Shown: piece after piece, positions 8,033-20,488 of the stretch | How the letters are laid out: each line of letters starts with the position of its first letter | Numbering within the stretch: the stretch's first letter is position 1 | Origin: an uncultured Gammaproteobacteria bacterium | GTDB lineage: Bacteria > Pseudomonadota > Gammaproteobacteria > CAWCPV01 | DNA: 64,000 nt | Direction of reading: 5' to 3' | Assembly (NCBI GenBank): GCA_963797555.1 | Contig: CAWCPV010000007.1 | Location: 480,001-544,000 of the forward strand | Notes under the pieces: generated by a model | Seen by the model: only the letters and a program-made list of their open reading frames with translations | Databases searched by the model: none | What the model was told of the DNA's origin: nothing | Translations under genes and position numbers: made by a program

Positions 8033-10561
8033 CTACACCGTATAGTCGGTCTCCAGACTCAGGCTGCTGTAGGCCGTAAGAGTGGTGGGATTCAGCGCCT
8101 TGACGGTAAACTTGCCCTCGAAGTCCGCATCCATGCGCAGCGCGATTTGCTTGCGCGCCCCCGCGGCCAGGGTGATCGTCCGTGTCGCCGGGTTCACGTC
8201 CCCGCCGGGCCGCGGCTCGCCCACCACGTTGCCCTTAGGGTCCTGCGCTTCCAGCAGCACCTCGACGGCATCGCCTGCGCCCGCAAACAGGCTGTCGCTG
8301 TGCAGCTCGACCTCGATCACGGGCAGTCGGGTCGTGATACGCTTCGCGCCGCTCTTGTAGGAAAGCACCACAGTGTAGCGCCGCGCGTCCGGCTGTACCG
8401 GGGCCTCGAAGCGCACCCGCAGCACCGGTACCACGGCCTCGGGCAGGGAGATCCCGCCGTGGAAGTAGAGATAGCCCGCTCGATAGGGCGCCATGCTGCG
8501 GGGACCCGCCACTTGCGCGAAGGCACCGCGAATCCCGAGCTTCTCCGCGGAGACCACGAAGTTGTGCCCATCCGCGACCCCATCGCCCAGCATCAACCGA
8601 TCGTGCGCGGCGACCGGCCACCGCCCCCGGGGCTTGGTGCACACGTCGCCGGCTTCCGCCTGGGCGTTCAGGAAAAACCCGTGGTCGGTCCCGATGACGG
8701 CCTCCCGGAATCCCAGGCCCCGCAGCTTGTGCAGGGCGACTCGGATCAGCTTGAGCGTGCCTGGAACGAGGCTCAGCGTGCTTTCCGGATTGCTCTCGAG
8801 CTGACTGTCGATCTCGGTGCTGCGCAACACCAGCAGATCCACGGTGTCGGGCAGCTTGGCCTTGCCCCGCACGAAATCGCTCAGCGCCATCTCCGCGAAC
8901 CGGTCGCCGTAGCGCTTGCGCAGCACGCCCATGCGCTGGGAGACGTTATTGACGGGAATCCCGGCGAGCTTCAGCACCAGCGAGTCGCCCTCGCTCTCCA
9001 GGGAAAGGTCCGCGTGCGCCCCTGGGAGCAGACTGGCCATGCCGACCGGGGTCACCGTCGGCAGTTGGGCGCAGGCCGCCCGGAGCTCGACCGGACCGTC
9101 CTCGGCGACGAGCTTCTCCAGCGCCACGCCCAGCTCGTAGCGCAGCGCGTCCACCATCAAGTAGGCCAGCCGGTGGCCGCGCTGCTTCAGCCGCTCGCCG
9201 ACGAAGCGATCGAACACGTCCGCGTTGGCGAGACGCCCCGTCGGCGGCCAGCCGTCCGTCTCCAGGTGGCTCACGAAGGCGGCCTGGACCTTCTCCGCAA
9301 GGCGGCGGTAACGGCTGCGCGCCACCTGGATGACCTCGCCCATGAAACCCTGGGCGTCCAGGAAATCGCCGACCGCCTGCTCGAATTCACGCTGCAATCG
9401 GTCCGCCTCGCGCAGGCTTCCGATATAGAAATCCAGCAGGCTTTCCTGGCGCCGCCCGTGGTCCGGCAACTGGCGTTCGAAATCCTCGCAGGCCTCCATG
9501 AGATGCAGGGCTGCCCGGATCAGCGCCCATTGCACCTGGCTCTCGCCCTTGCCAATCCACACCGACCGAGCGTGGCGGCCGAGCAGGGCGCGGGTTCGAT
9601 CGGCATTGTCCCGCAGCAATGCGTCCATGGCCTGCCGCAGGAAGGTGCGCTCCTCGAAGGGGAAGGTGTCCTTCTGACCCAGGTCTTCAATCTCGGAGCA
9701 CACCTCGGGCAGGTTCATCTCGGCCTCGATAGCCTCCGCCCTCTCGACATAGCTCGCCCGCGTGCGCAGGTCGCTGCGCAGCCGCTCGCACAGGTCCTCG
9801 ACCAGCGGCCGCGCCTCCTCCGGTGCGCGCGGGACGCCCGCCAAGGCATCAGGTAGCACGCCGGGCAAGTCGAAGACGAATTCGCTGAACAGCAGGAAAC
9901 GCCAAAACTCGTCGGCCAATGGTCCCCAGCTCTTGGCGCGGGTCTTCAGTTCCATCTCCAGCGTCGCGCGCAGGAGATCGCGTGCCTCCTGCGACCAGCC
10001 GTCCGCGGCCTTTAGCGTCTTCGCTTGCTCCGGATTCGGCACCAGCAGCGCTGCGAGGATATCGCCTGCCGATTCGACCTTCAGCGTCGCACGCAACTGG
10101 GGCCAGCCCATGCCGCCGCCAATCGCATCCATCACCGCAAAGGCCGGGGAAGGGTTCTCCGCGAACACGCGGCGAACCTCGGTGGCGAAATCCGGCTTGG
10201 CCCGCAGACAAACGCTCAAAAACTCGTCCCCGTCATCCTCCGGGAACACCGCGCCGCACTCGGCGTAGAGCGCAAAGGGATCGGCCTGTTTCTGCTGCTC
10301 GCTGAGAGGCTTTCCGGCCGGCACGTAGATTAGCAGCCCCTCCACCGACGCTTTGGCCGCGCCCAGCGCGCGCAGTCCCCGCAGCGCCGCCTCCCGGCTC
10401 TCGATGCTGCTCTCCGAGGCATCGACCACATAGATGGCGTCGGAAGCCAGACCCAGACACAGCTCCCGATAGCGCCGTTCGGGGTCGTACACCACCATGC
10501 ACTGGGCCTTCTTCAGGCGGGGGAGCAGCACCTGCTCGCGGATGAACGCTGTTAATCTCAT
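8033..10561 (-). CDS. pglZ: BREX PglZ alkaline-phosphatase-domain protein
   Basis: YLMVDALRYELG, LPTVTPVGMASLLP, GTDHGF and YFHGGISLPE motifs; BREX context. Confidence 0.92.
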   Translation of the reverse strand: MRLTAFIREQVLLPRLKKAQCMVVYDPERRYRELCLGLASDAIYVVDASESSIESREAALRGLRALGAAKASVEGLLIYVPAGKPLSEQQKQADPFALYAECGAVFPEDDGDEFLSVCLRAKPDFATEVRRVFAENPSPAFAVMDAIGGGMGWPQLRATLKVESAGDILAALLVPNPEQAKTLKAADGWSQEARDLLRATLEMELKTRAKSWGPLADEFWRFLLFSEFVFDLPGVLPDALAGVPRAPEEARPLVEDLCERLRSDLRTRASYVERAEAIEAEMNLPEVCSEIEDLGQKDTFPFEERTFLRQAMDALLRDNADRTRALLGRHARSVWIGKGESQVQWALIRAALHLMEACEDFERQLPDHGRRQESLLDFYIGSLREADRLQREFEQAVGDFLDAQGFMGEVIQVARSRYRRLAEKVQAAFVSHLETDGWPPTGRLANADVFDRFVGERLKQRGHRLAYLMVDALRYELGVALEKLVAEDGPVELRAACAQLPTVTPVGMASLLPGAHADLSLESEGDSLVLKLAGIPVNNVSQRMGVLRKRYGDRFAEMALSDFVRGKAKLPDTVDLLVLRSTEIDSQLESNPESTLSLVPGTLKLIRVALHKLRGLGFREAVIGTDHGFFLNAQAEAGDVCTKPRGRWPVAAHDRLMLGDGVADGHNFVVSAEKLGIRGAFAQVAGPRSMAPYRAGYLYFHGGISLPEAVVPVLRVRFEAPVQPDARRYTVVLSYKSGAKRITTRLPVIEVELHSDSLFAGAGDAVEVLLEAQDPKGNVVGEPRPGGDVNPATRTITLAAGARKQIALRMDADFEGKFTVKALNPTTLTAYSSLSLETDYTV

Positions 10562-10588
10562 GGTTCTACCGGAAAGCAGCGCTGGCCC

Positions 10589-11009
10589 TCACGGAGCCGC
10601 CTCGTCCCAAACGACCCGCACGTACCCGCTATCCGCGAGCGATGAGTCTTTGGTGAGCAACGGCACTCCCCATGCCCACGCCTCAGCCGCCACGAGCCGA
10701 TCGAAGATATCCGGAATCGCTGTGAGCTTCGTGCTCTCGATGACACGGGCGGCGGTTAGCGGAAGGAGCCGGTAGTTATCGCTGTCCTGCAACTGATCCA
10801 GCACTGGTATCAACCGGGTCAGGGTAAAACCCCGTAGGCGCTGCTTTTCCGCGACCATGCAGGCCTCGGCCACCACCACGGCCGGCACCAGCAAAGACTG
10901 CTTCCCCGCGCTCCACCTCCGCCAGCGCATGCGCCGCCCCGCGCCCGATGCGATCGGGTGCCATCAGATGCCATATCAGGACGTGGGTATCCGTAACGTA
11001 CCGATTCAC
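10589..11009 (-). CDS. PIN-domain (VapC) toxin, one frameshift near 10900
   Basis: YVTDTHVLIW...VVVAE...DIFDRLVAAEA...PLLTKD, split across two frames. Confidence 0.8.
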
Positions 11010-11299
11010 CGCTTCGATTCTCCCGCGAGCTCGTCGATCAGCCTGTCGTGCCGGGCGTTGCGCTCCGCGCGCGACTCGTCCAGGGCCGATCGCACCGGGT
11101 CACCCTCGGGCATAGGCCCCCGTGTCAGCACTCCGCGTATGCTAGCAATCTGCTGGACGGGCGATTCAGACCCGAGAGGAGTCTCCGCTTCCGAGGATAA
11201 GACAATCACCTCCACCTCACCGACGGGAACCTCCGGGGGCAACTGAAGGGACAGGCGGTGATCCGCCTGGACGGTCGCTCGGTATCGGTAGGCTTGCAT
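11006..11299 (-). CDS. putative antitoxin paired with the PIN toxin
   Basis: Small ORF (LQLPPEVPVGEVEVIVL) whose stop overlaps the toxin start. Confidence 0.65.
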   Translation of the reverse strand: MQAYRYRATVQADHRLSLQLPPEVPVGEVEVIVLSSEAETPLGSESPVQQIASIRGVLTRGPMPEGDPVRSALDESRAERNARHDRLIDELAGESKR

Positions 11300-11388
11300 G
11301 GATGTTCTCCTCCTCATTCAAGCACCACCAACGAATGCTGATGGAGCCACGTTTATCGACGCCGGACAGGTTGATCGGAACCGAGCCT

Positions 11389-11595
11389 TCACTCGCCACC
11401 CTCGAGGAGATTGAAGACTTCGTCTCGTCCTATCGAGGCCGTGCTCTCGGCCTCTTCTATGGCGCGAGCGAGCGCAGCGTCCTCGATGGCCTCATCGACG
11501 ATGTCGCGAAGCAGATCGCGTCGCTCTTCGAGGACTTCCACGATAGCCGCCTTCAGCAGCTCCTTGAGCCGGCGTTCATCAACAGGTGTTGCCAT
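11389..11595 (-). CDS. small acidic antitoxin-like protein (orphan)
   Basis: LKELLKAAIVEVLEERRDLL...AIEDAALARAIEE; its stop overlaps a GTG opening MKARFRS, which resembles a truncated RelE/ParE start. Confidence 0.6.
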   Translation of the reverse strand: MATPVDERRLKELLKAAIVEVLEERRDLLRDIVDEAIEDAALARAIEEAESTASIGRDEVFNLLEGGE

Positions 11596-11627
11596 GCTGG
11601 CCTCACGGGTTCAAGAAATTAGCACCC

Positions 11628-11660
11628 GTAGGTTGGGCAAAAGCGCAGCGTTGCCCAACA
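11628..11660 (+). repeat. GTAG-type REP hairpin
   Basis: GTAG GTTGGGCAA AAGCGCAGCG TTGCCCAAC. Confidence 0.7.
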
Positions 11661-11754
11661 CGAACGCCGATCGGTCCATCTAGCCGGCGATACATCCGGA
11701 CTGTCGTATGAATTCCGCGTCCCAAGGACCGGTCAACTCGACCCGTTCGCCGTC

Positions 11755-12159
11755 TCAGGACGACCCGGATGCATGGACCAGCCGGACGTTGTCCGTATAG
11801 CGTGCCAAAAGACTGTCGTCGGTCAACAGGAGCATGGGCTCCACACGGCTTTGCGCGACCAACAGCCGGTCGAACGGGTCCTTATGGATCGGCGGCAGCC
11901 GCGATACCAGCGCTGCGTGTTGCGCGGTGACGGGCAGCTCGGCAAAGCCGGTTTCCGGCATCACGGCCAGGATCTCGGCCGGATCGGCCTGGAAATCCTG
12001 CCGGCCCAACGCGCTCTTGATGGCAATCTCCCAGATATTGGCAGCGCTGAAGTAGATCTCGTTGTCGCCGTCCTCAAGCATGCGGCGCACCGCCTTGGGT
12101 ACCCGGTGGCTCGCACCCACGGCCCAGAGCAGCACGTGCGTATCGAGCAGGATGCGCAT
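11755..12159 (-). CDS. vapC: VapC PIN-domain toxin
   Basis: ILLDTHVLLW, SAANIWEIAIK, HKDPFDRLLVAQ. Confidence 0.92.
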   Translation of the reverse strand: MRILLDTHVLLWAVGASHRVPKAVRRMLEDGDNEIYFSAANIWEIAIKSALGRQDFQADPAEILAVMPETGFAELPVTAQHAALVSRLPPIHKDPFDRLLVAQSRVEPMLLLTDDSLLARYTDNVRLVHASGSS

Positions 12160-12401
12160 CAACGCTCGCCTTCGAACTGAGCCAGGATCTCATCGGGCAG
12201 GGGTGCGTTGAAGTCATCGGGAATGCGCAGCTTGCCGTCCAGCAGCCCCAGCTTGCGGAGCCGCCGTGGCGATGCCAGCGGCACGAGCCGGGCAACCGGT
12301 TTGCCGGCCTTGGCGATGACGAACTCCTCACCCGCCTGGGCCTGTTCGACCAGCCGGGAAAGGTGCGTCTTGGCTTCGTGGATGTTTATCTGTTGTGCCA
12401 T
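12159..12401 (-). CDS. Phd/YefM-family antitoxin
   Basis: INIHEAKTHLSRLVE...GEEFVIAKAGKPVARLVP; ACTAAG direct repeats upstream at about 12420-12438. Confidence 0.92.
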   Translation of the reverse strand: MAQQINIHEAKTHLSRLVEQAQAGEEFVIAKAGKPVARLVPLASPRRLRKLGLLDGKLRIPDDFNAPLPDEILAQFEGER

Positions 12402-12490
12402 GGCTGGCATCTCTGGATGGACTAAGGTGAACTAAGCTTATCATGTTGAAGGGCCTGCGCGGCCCGCGGCGATCATGCACCCTAGTCGCC

Positions 12491-15400
12491 CTAGTCGTCC
12501 CCGCCATCTTCCGCGACGGGCTTGCGCCCCCGTTTTTTCTTCGCGCTCTGCGGGGGCGCCTGGTAGAGGTCTTCGAGGTCGTGGGCGATGGCCAGTGACT
12601 TGTCGGTCTTGCATTTCTCGCGCACGCGGTCGGGCCAGAGGGTATAGGCCAGGTGCGCCCAATCGTAGTCGCCGCGATCCAGCTTCTCCCAGGTCTCCTT
12701 CAGCGTCTTCTGCCACTTGGGCAGGCGGAACAGCTTCCAGAGGGGCGCCGCCGTGATCTGGACGCCGTCGTTCAGGTTCGGCTTCCAGCGGGGCGCCCAG
12801 GCGAGCAGCTCGTCGCGGAAGGCCTGCAGCTCAATCTCGAAGTCCTGCAGCCCTTCCAGCTCCTTTTCATCGGCACGGGTGCGGGCGCTGCCTTTGGCCT
12901 GTAGCCGGCCTACCGCCTCGCTGACTTGACGGAGCTTCGGCTCCACGAAGTGCACGACGCAGGCATAGAGCGTTTGATCGGTGAGGCGGTGGTAGTAGAT
13001 CCAGAGCGTGTAACGGCCGGAGGCGGTGGAGAGCGGCCAGTAGATGGGGGCCTGGCGGCGGCTCTTGGAGTAGCGCTTCAGGTGGTCGGCGAAGAAACTG
13101 GCAGGCTTGCGGAAGTAGTCGCGCAAGGTGCGCACGCCCAGGATGTCGCACGCCTCGCGCTCGATGGCCTCCCAGCGGTCCTTCCAGATGATTTGCAGCA
13201 CCTGGTGGACACGGGCCTCAATGTCCAGCGGATGGCCCGGGTCATCCACCAGGATGCCGTCCCACGGGATCTCGATCGGATAGTTCCAGCGGCCTTCCTG
13301 CTTCAGCCTTGCCACGTCCTCCTTGGTGACGGGTAGCCCTTGCTCGTTCTGGAGCTGGCCGGGCGGACAAACCGGCAACGGCGCAAACGGGTCGGGCAAC
13401 TCCGGCGCCGGTTTCTCGCCCGTGGCGAAACGGATGTCCCAGCGGCCAAAGGCGGTGCCGAGGGCATAGGATGGCGCAAATTCGAAAGCGGGTCGTCCCG
13501 ACGCTGCCAGCGACCGATGAAATCTTGATTCACTCGCAAGCTTCTCAAGATCGCAATTGAACCTCAAAGCCAACGATTCGAACTCGGCGTGTATGACGTG
13601 AGAGCGTTTCATGAGCTGCCGACTTACGCCTTCGACGGGTGCCTCCTTTTCATCTCCGTCCAAAGTCGGGAGATTGGGACTGCCCCAAAAGCCCTCCGGT
13701 ATCTGCCCGCCGCCGCAGTGGTATGGGTGCCGCGCAAAATCTGCCTCAAGTAATCCGTCATCAGCCTCGGAAAACCCGAAAATATGTCTCCATATTTTGT
13801 CAACCATCCAATCCGACCGAAGGACCTCTAGCGCGTCTGCAAGAAACGACTTGGCGTTAGATATCGCGAAATCTTTGAGAGACTGACGTGTCGCTCCGAA
13901 TCGAAGACCCTGAAAGGTTGGAGACAGCTCGTCGACAGCCAACTGATGAGTTTGAACACACCGAAACCGCCGATCGATACTCTGTTTGATGTGTTCGGAC
14001 TGAGCGGAGTTCAGGCGGTCGAGAAGGCATGGAAGTCTCTTCATGATCCCCGTCGTATAATTCCGGGCGGCACTACCTCGAACGGCAGAATCTCCGGACC
14101 CGACGCAGAATTCAACTAAGGCCCCGACCGGACGACTATTGAGATACGAAAGTAGCGGCACAAGGTGTTGGCCGGCGAGAGGAATAATGCCAGGGCCTCC
14201 CGGACTGAAGACGCTTCCCGCAGGTAATGCTCGAAACGAAAGAAAGCTAGTCGTTCGCTGGGTATAAGTAATCCCCGGAACTCCGTAAATCTCGGAATCG
14301 GTCGTCCTTCGAGCAACAGGTAGCAACTTGAAGTCAACTACCAACTCGTAGTTCCCAGCGGTAGGTTGATAGTCGCCGCCTTTTGCATAGCGCCGCCATC
14401 GGCCGTCCAACTCGTTAGGTGGAACTTCGACGTGGAGGCGCAAGAATCGATCGTCTTCACCTGTCTCAAGCCCCTTCGAAACTTTCGCAAAAGCCTCGAC
14501 CGGCCGTTCCGCGAAAAGGTCAATCCAATGCTTTGGCGCCCAATAAGCAATGCGGTGGCTGGGAATCTGGCCCCAGCAATTTGGCACGGCAAAGACATCG
14601 CGTTTAGGCGTGGACTGGACAATCGCAGCAGCCAAAGCAGTCGCTTTATCGCTCGCCGAAAGCAGGCGAAAGAATGTTCCGAGTCGTCCTTCACGAGAGA
14701 TAACGAAAGCGGCAGGTTCAACCACCGCATCCAAAACCCCGTATCCCAAATCAGCGACGAGAGCGAAGTTGCAAGACGACAGGATCGCTTCCCGCCACTC
14801 GTCGAGCTGATCGAGGAACATCAGAAGGCGTGTCGCAAGCACACCGATACGGCCGCCGACTGATAGCTGCTGAATGCTGCGCGTTAAGAATAGCGACGCA
14901 ATTTCGCGACTAGATCCTGCAGGTGCCGGAATCTCCTGTTGGTAAATGGCTCTAGTCGCTTCGCCAAACGGCGGATTCATGAGGACCACGTCATATCGTT
15001 TGCGGCACAGGTCGATGAAGGCAAAGCCACGGGCGGCATCATCGGCAAACAGGCGGCGCTGGTAGCCGTCGCCGTGCTCCGCCCGTCCAGCGTAGGTCTG
15101 GAGGGCGGCGTAGATGCGTTCCTCGGCCTTTTCCCAGAAGGTTTCGTCGGTGATGCCGGTTACATCCAACCCGAGTTGCTGTTGCACGGGCGGAGCGGTG
15201 TCGTCGGCGAAGAGACGGCCTTGTTCGCGCTTAGGGCCGACGAGCCATTTCTGCTTCGCCTCGGCCACGGCGCCGGCGATTTCCTCCTCGATCTTGAGCA
15301 AGGAGCCGGCTTCGCCCGCGAGCTTCATGGCCTCGAATACCCGCCGGACGAGTTGCCCGAGAAGCTTTCGCTCGGGCGTGGCGGAGAGGTGCGCCGTGAC

Positions 15401-16757
15401 GAACTCCTCCAAGAACGCTTCCTCGCCGGGCATGGGCTCGGCGCAGACGATGTTCGAACGGCGGATGCGGAAGCGCTCGCCGGGCTTGAGGCCCTGCTGC
15501 TGCCAGGTGCGCTGGGCGCGCAGCCAGAGAGACAGCCCGGCGATCTGCACCGCGCGGGGGTCGATGTCGATGCCGTGGATGTTGCGCTCGATGATGAGGC
15601 GGGGAACATCCCGCAGCAGCTCGCCCTTGTCTGCGTACGTCTCCCGTAGCGGCTTCAAGCCTTCGCCCCGCGCATCTCCTCCCGTGGGCGAAGGGAGCAC
15701 ATTGAGATCCCATGCCTCCTCGTAGATGCACTCGAACAGGTCGAAGGCATAGAGCCCGAAGTGCATGGACCCACAGGCGGGGTCCAGCATCTTGATCTCG
15801 CGCGGATCCTTCAATGCCCGGAAGGGGATATATACCGGCTGCTGCAGCAGTTCCTCCTGGCTGAGGTTGCCCTGATCGCTCGGCGGCTCGGGCGCCACTT
15901 CTCCGGGCGCCAGGAAGACTTCGCGCGGGCGACGCACCAGATAGCCGCAGCGTTCCTTCAGCGCCGTCCTGCCCTGGGCCATCTCGTACCAGATGCGGCC
16001 CAGGGTGTTGTCGGTGAGGAACTCCACCACGTAGCGCGGCGTGAAGAACTGGTTGCGCACGGCCAGCTCGCGGCTGTTGCGCGGCGCGGCCGATTCGTCG
16101 CGCATCTTTTTCCGCTCTTCCTTGGAGTTGAAGTACTGGTAGATCCAGCCGATGGTCTCGTCCTCCGCCCACAGCGGTGCGATGTCGGGGGCGTTGATGA
16201 GCTGGAGCGCCTCCAGCAGGGCTGGCTCGCGCGGGAAGAGCCGCCCTTGGGGCGAGTAGCGGTCGAACAGCACCTTGAGGTCGAGCGCCAGTTCGTCGAA
16301 GACGCTGAAGAGGTAGCAGCGGTAGGCATCGCCCATCTCCCCGAGGCCGCTGCCCGCCAGCCTGGCGTACAACTGAAAGCCCTTGGAGTTGTGGCCGCTC
16401 GCCACCGACTCGATCAGCAGGCCGCGCGCCTCGGCCATGCGCAGGCGCAGCGAGGCGGTTGAGCACGGTGAAGGCCTGCTCGCGCACGATGCGCTCCAGC
16501 CCGCTGCTGCGGTTGCCGCCCGTGGCGGCTGGTCGGCGCAGGTAGTGCGCCAGCGTCTCGCGCAGGATGCGGGCCGTTTCGCGCCGGGCATCATCGAGGT
16601 GGCGCAGGCTTGTCCAGGTCGCGCCACCTGCGCCGGAGATGCGGGTCCAGGCCGTACTCGTTCTGCAGTTGGCGGGTGAACTCCTCGGTCAGCAGCGCGC
16701 GCGCGCCTCGCTGACGAAGCGCTGCAGGCGGTTGCGGGTGGGTTGATCGAAGGCCAT
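12491..16757 (-). CDS. pglX: BREX PglX adenine DNA methyltransferase (N-terminus frameshifted)
   Basis: MAFDQPTRNRLQ start at 16757; QFFTPRYVV, LDPACGSMHF, NPPF; C-terminal YSKSRRQAPIYW and YDWAHLA. Confidence 0.9.
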
Positions 16758-19700
16758 TAGCCATCGTCCTCGATGACTGAAGCGTCACCTCGACGTCTCG
16801 AGTAGATGGGCCAGATCTCGCTTTGAGCTCTTGCAGCTGCCGAATCAGGTCTTCGAATCTGCGTCGGGTCGCTGATCGCTGACAGTGGACGTCGCACGGT
16901 AAGCTTCGTACGTCGCGCACGGAATCGCCGATCCTTCGCGCGCCCGCTCCTCCATCCGCCGGCGCGCGCGCTCCTGGCCCTGACGGCCGATCGACGTCTT
17001 GAGATCGCTGACCGTCGGAGATGATCTCGTAGTCGCGGTTGAGCAGCTGCTTGAGGCCGGCGAGGTCCTGCGTCGGCCTCCATCGCCAGCGCTGTCCAGA
17101 CGCGGCCAACGCGTTCGCGCTGCTCTTCCTGGGTGAGTCTCTGCCATTCGGGCAGGCGCTGCAGGTCCTCTGGCGCCTCCTTGAGGCGCAGCTTCTGCTG
17201 CTCGGTCGAGCTGCGGTGACCGCGTTGCTGACCCGGCGCCTTGATGTGCGGTGAGCGGGGTGCTGAGGTCGGCGGCGTGGCTGGAAGAAGTCGTCCTTGC
17301 CGAGGCGCTCGGCGAGCTGCTGCAAGCTCTCGGCGAGGTCGCGGCGCAGCTCCCCGGGGATGCCGGTCGCGGGCAGCGCACTCGATGTCGCGGCGGTGGC
17401 GCCTGCAGATCCCGCGATGGTGGTCTCCAGGCCGTTGCTTGAGCGCTCGGTTCGACCTCGCCGGCCCACTTCAGGCTCTGGTACAGCGCCGACTCCTCGC
17501 CGCCCAGGCGCTGCGGGGCATCGGAGGCGTCGGTGAACAGCACGTCGGCGATGTCCTGGTTCAGTGTGCGGATGCGTTCCGCCGCCGGCCAGCCTGTAGC
17601 GCCGAGAGCTTTTCCGCGAGCGGGGCGTACTGCGTGCTGGAAACGCGGGAAGCGCTTGGCGGCGGCCTTGCTGATCTCCTCCTCCAGCGGGATCACCGTG
17701 TCGCCGATCAGCTCGGTGAGGCGTTCGGCGGCGCGCGCCAAGGTCTCGATGGAGGGCCGCTCGTCGCGCAAGCGCTACGCCCGCGGCTGGCAAAGCTTCT
17801 GTTGGTCTTCAGCGCATCGATCGCCTGCTGGCCGGTTGACCGTGACCTCGCGGCCCGAGACCTTGAGCTTGATCTCGCCCGCCACCAGCATCGCGGCGAG
17901 GAGGTAGCGGATGCGTGTCCGGCGACCAGCCGAACGGCGCGCTCGGTGAAGTGGTCGAGCAGGCGCTTGCCTTCGACGGTGCCGTTGCGCTCGATGTAGT
18001 CGCGGATGCTGACGAGGGCCTTGTGGTCGGTCTTGATGCGCGGCCGTGCCGCCGGCTGATCTGCACCAGCCCCAGCGGATCCAGGGCGCTGGTGATGGCC
18101 GCGGGATTGCCCGACGCGCAGGAACTTCTCGGCCAAGGCCGTCTCCGCCCGCACGGGCGCCTCGGCGTAGCGGTCGAAGACCTGCTCGGCGACATCCGCG
18201 AGATGCTTTCTTGCAAGGCCTCGAGCACGTCTGGTCGAGGGCTCTCGACGGCGGTGGTCTGGCCGCGGAAGAGGAACGAGCCCTGCGCGCAGCTGCCTGC
18301 TTGAGCAGTTGCTGCAAGTTCGCCGCGAGCTTGGCGGCCCGCTCGCGTCTGGCTGGCGCAGTACTCCTTGACCTCCTGGTCGGGATCGTTGCGGTGCAGC
18401 TCGGCGATGCGCTGGCAGCGGTAGATCTCGGCCGACCAGATCGTCGGCTTCGGCGGCTGCGCGGCCGAGCAGGTAGATCACGTTTTGCCGTGCGCTCGCT
18501 GGCGCGACTCGTCGAGCAGCCGGGTGCGCTGGCGGTCTCGTAGTCGGTCGGATTGGCGAACTCGACGACGGTCTGGATCGTGCTCGCGCTCGCCGGCGAG
18601 GCTGGTGATGAGTGCTGCCCGACTGCGCCTTGAGCCCCGTGGTGACGGCCAGCGTGCCGTGCAGGCGTGGCGGGCGGCAGCGGGTCGAAAGCGTCGCGGA
18701 GCGCCTCGTTGAGGATGCGCCGCGTCTCGACGGTGCGCAGCGGTATCTGCGCCGCGCTCCTGCTCGATGTCGTTCAGCTTCTCGCTGAAGAAGCAGCAGG
18801 TTGCCGTCCTTCTCGCCGAGCGGCACCAGCGGATCGTTCAGCATCTCCTCGACGCGCCTTGCGCACCTCGTCCAGGCGCGAGGGCGCGGTCGACGGCGGG
18901 TGCATGAGGCTGGCGAGATTCTGCACCGTGACCGGCATATTGCCGAGGATCTGCAGCACGGCGACGGTCTTCGCCACCTCCTGGTGCAGGGCGGAGTCGT
19001 GGAAAGCGAATGCAGGACCTTGCCGACCGCCTGATGGATCGACGGAAAGGCGCGGCGGATGTCCTTCTCCAGCGCGTCGTACAGGGTCACCGTGGTGGCC
19101 AGCCAGCCCGACCGGCTGATCCGCGACCGGCGTGCGGCCGTCGCTGCCCTCGACCAGAATGTCCTGGATCACCTTGATGGCGGAGCGCAGGCCGATGCCG
19201 CCGGTGGATTTGGCCAGGGCACCCAGCAGGTGGAGCAGGATATCGAAGTGCGCCGGCAGGAAAGGGTAGAGGTTGATGAAGGTCTCGCGGTTGAAATCCG
19301 CGTCGTAGTAGCTTGGCGTCGTGCAGCTTGGTGTTGTGCCGCAGGGCCTGCCCGAGCTGCATCGAACAGCTCGCCCGAGCGTCTGCTCGCCGGCTGGCGA
19401 CTTGCCAAGCAGCCGGCGGTAGCAGATCTCCTTGATGTCGCTCGACTCCAGGTCGACCTGGATGGGGAAGCGGTCCTTGAGCTTGAAGAGCTCCGGCGAA
19501 TTGAAGGCCGCGCGCGGGTCGTCCTCGGTCAGCGTCTGCTGCGCGGTGCCGATGATCCAGACCTTGCCGTCGCCCATGCTGCTTGAGGTTCTTGGCCAGG
19601 CCGTCGAGGTTGAGGATCGAGGTCTGGCGCGCGAGCCGACGTACTGGCCCACCTCGTCGATGATGAAGAGGATATACTGCTTGCCCGATGCTTCGCGGAC

Positions 19701-20460
19701 GATGTCGATCATCTCCTGCACGCGCTCGTTCTCGAACCGGACGAAATCGCTGGTGCCGGTGGAGAACGACGTGGGCGTCTGTGAACAGCGCCGGGTACAT
19801 CTCGTGGGCGATCTCCGGCAGCAGACTGTCGACCACCAGCGGATCGTTCTGAACGTCGCTCCAGGTCAGCCCGGCTCGTGCCTGCGATCAGCGCGCGTGA
19901 AACTCGTCATAGCGGCCGTCCTTCTCCAGCCGCCGCTCCAGCGCCGCCACCTTCAGGTTGCGCGAATAGCCGGCCCACTGCAGCACCTTGTAATAGAGGA
20001 CCGTGGAGACATCCTCCATGCGTCGCCCCGGCGAGCATCTCGCTGGCGAGGTCCAGCATGACGACGGCGGCCGGGTAGCGCGTGCGCCACCGTGGTCGAG
20101 CAAGGCCTTGGTCTGGGGCTGTGTGCAGGCGGTCCTGCAGGTGCTTAAGGAAGGGCACGCCGTCGACCGTGCACGCGCTCGTCCAAGGCGAAGCCGAGAT
20201 ACTTGGTGAACGAGCTTTTGCCCGGATCCGTAGAAGCCGGAGACCCAGACGCCGATCTCGTTCTCGCCGCCCGGCTCCATGGCCAGCTTGCATCTTGTCC
20301 AGCAGCTTGCTCGAACTGCTCCTCGATGCTGTCGGTGACGATGTACTCGCGTGATCTCGGCCTTGAGGCGCTCTTCCTGCGAGGCACTGTAGGTGATCAC
20401 CTTCTCGATGGTGCGGTCGATGCCCTTGCTCGGGTCGAACAGCGTGCGGATCTGGTTCAT
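16757..20460 (-). CDS. brxC: BREX BrxC P-loop ATPase (many frameshifts, probably sequence error)
   Basis: DRTIEKVITY, VWVSGFYGSGKS, FIIDEVGQY, KLKDRFP and YPFLPAHF in successive frames; TAA overlaps the pglX ATG. Confidence 0.85.
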
Positions 20461-20488
20461 GCGCGATCAGCCTAGTTCTGACGGGTTA

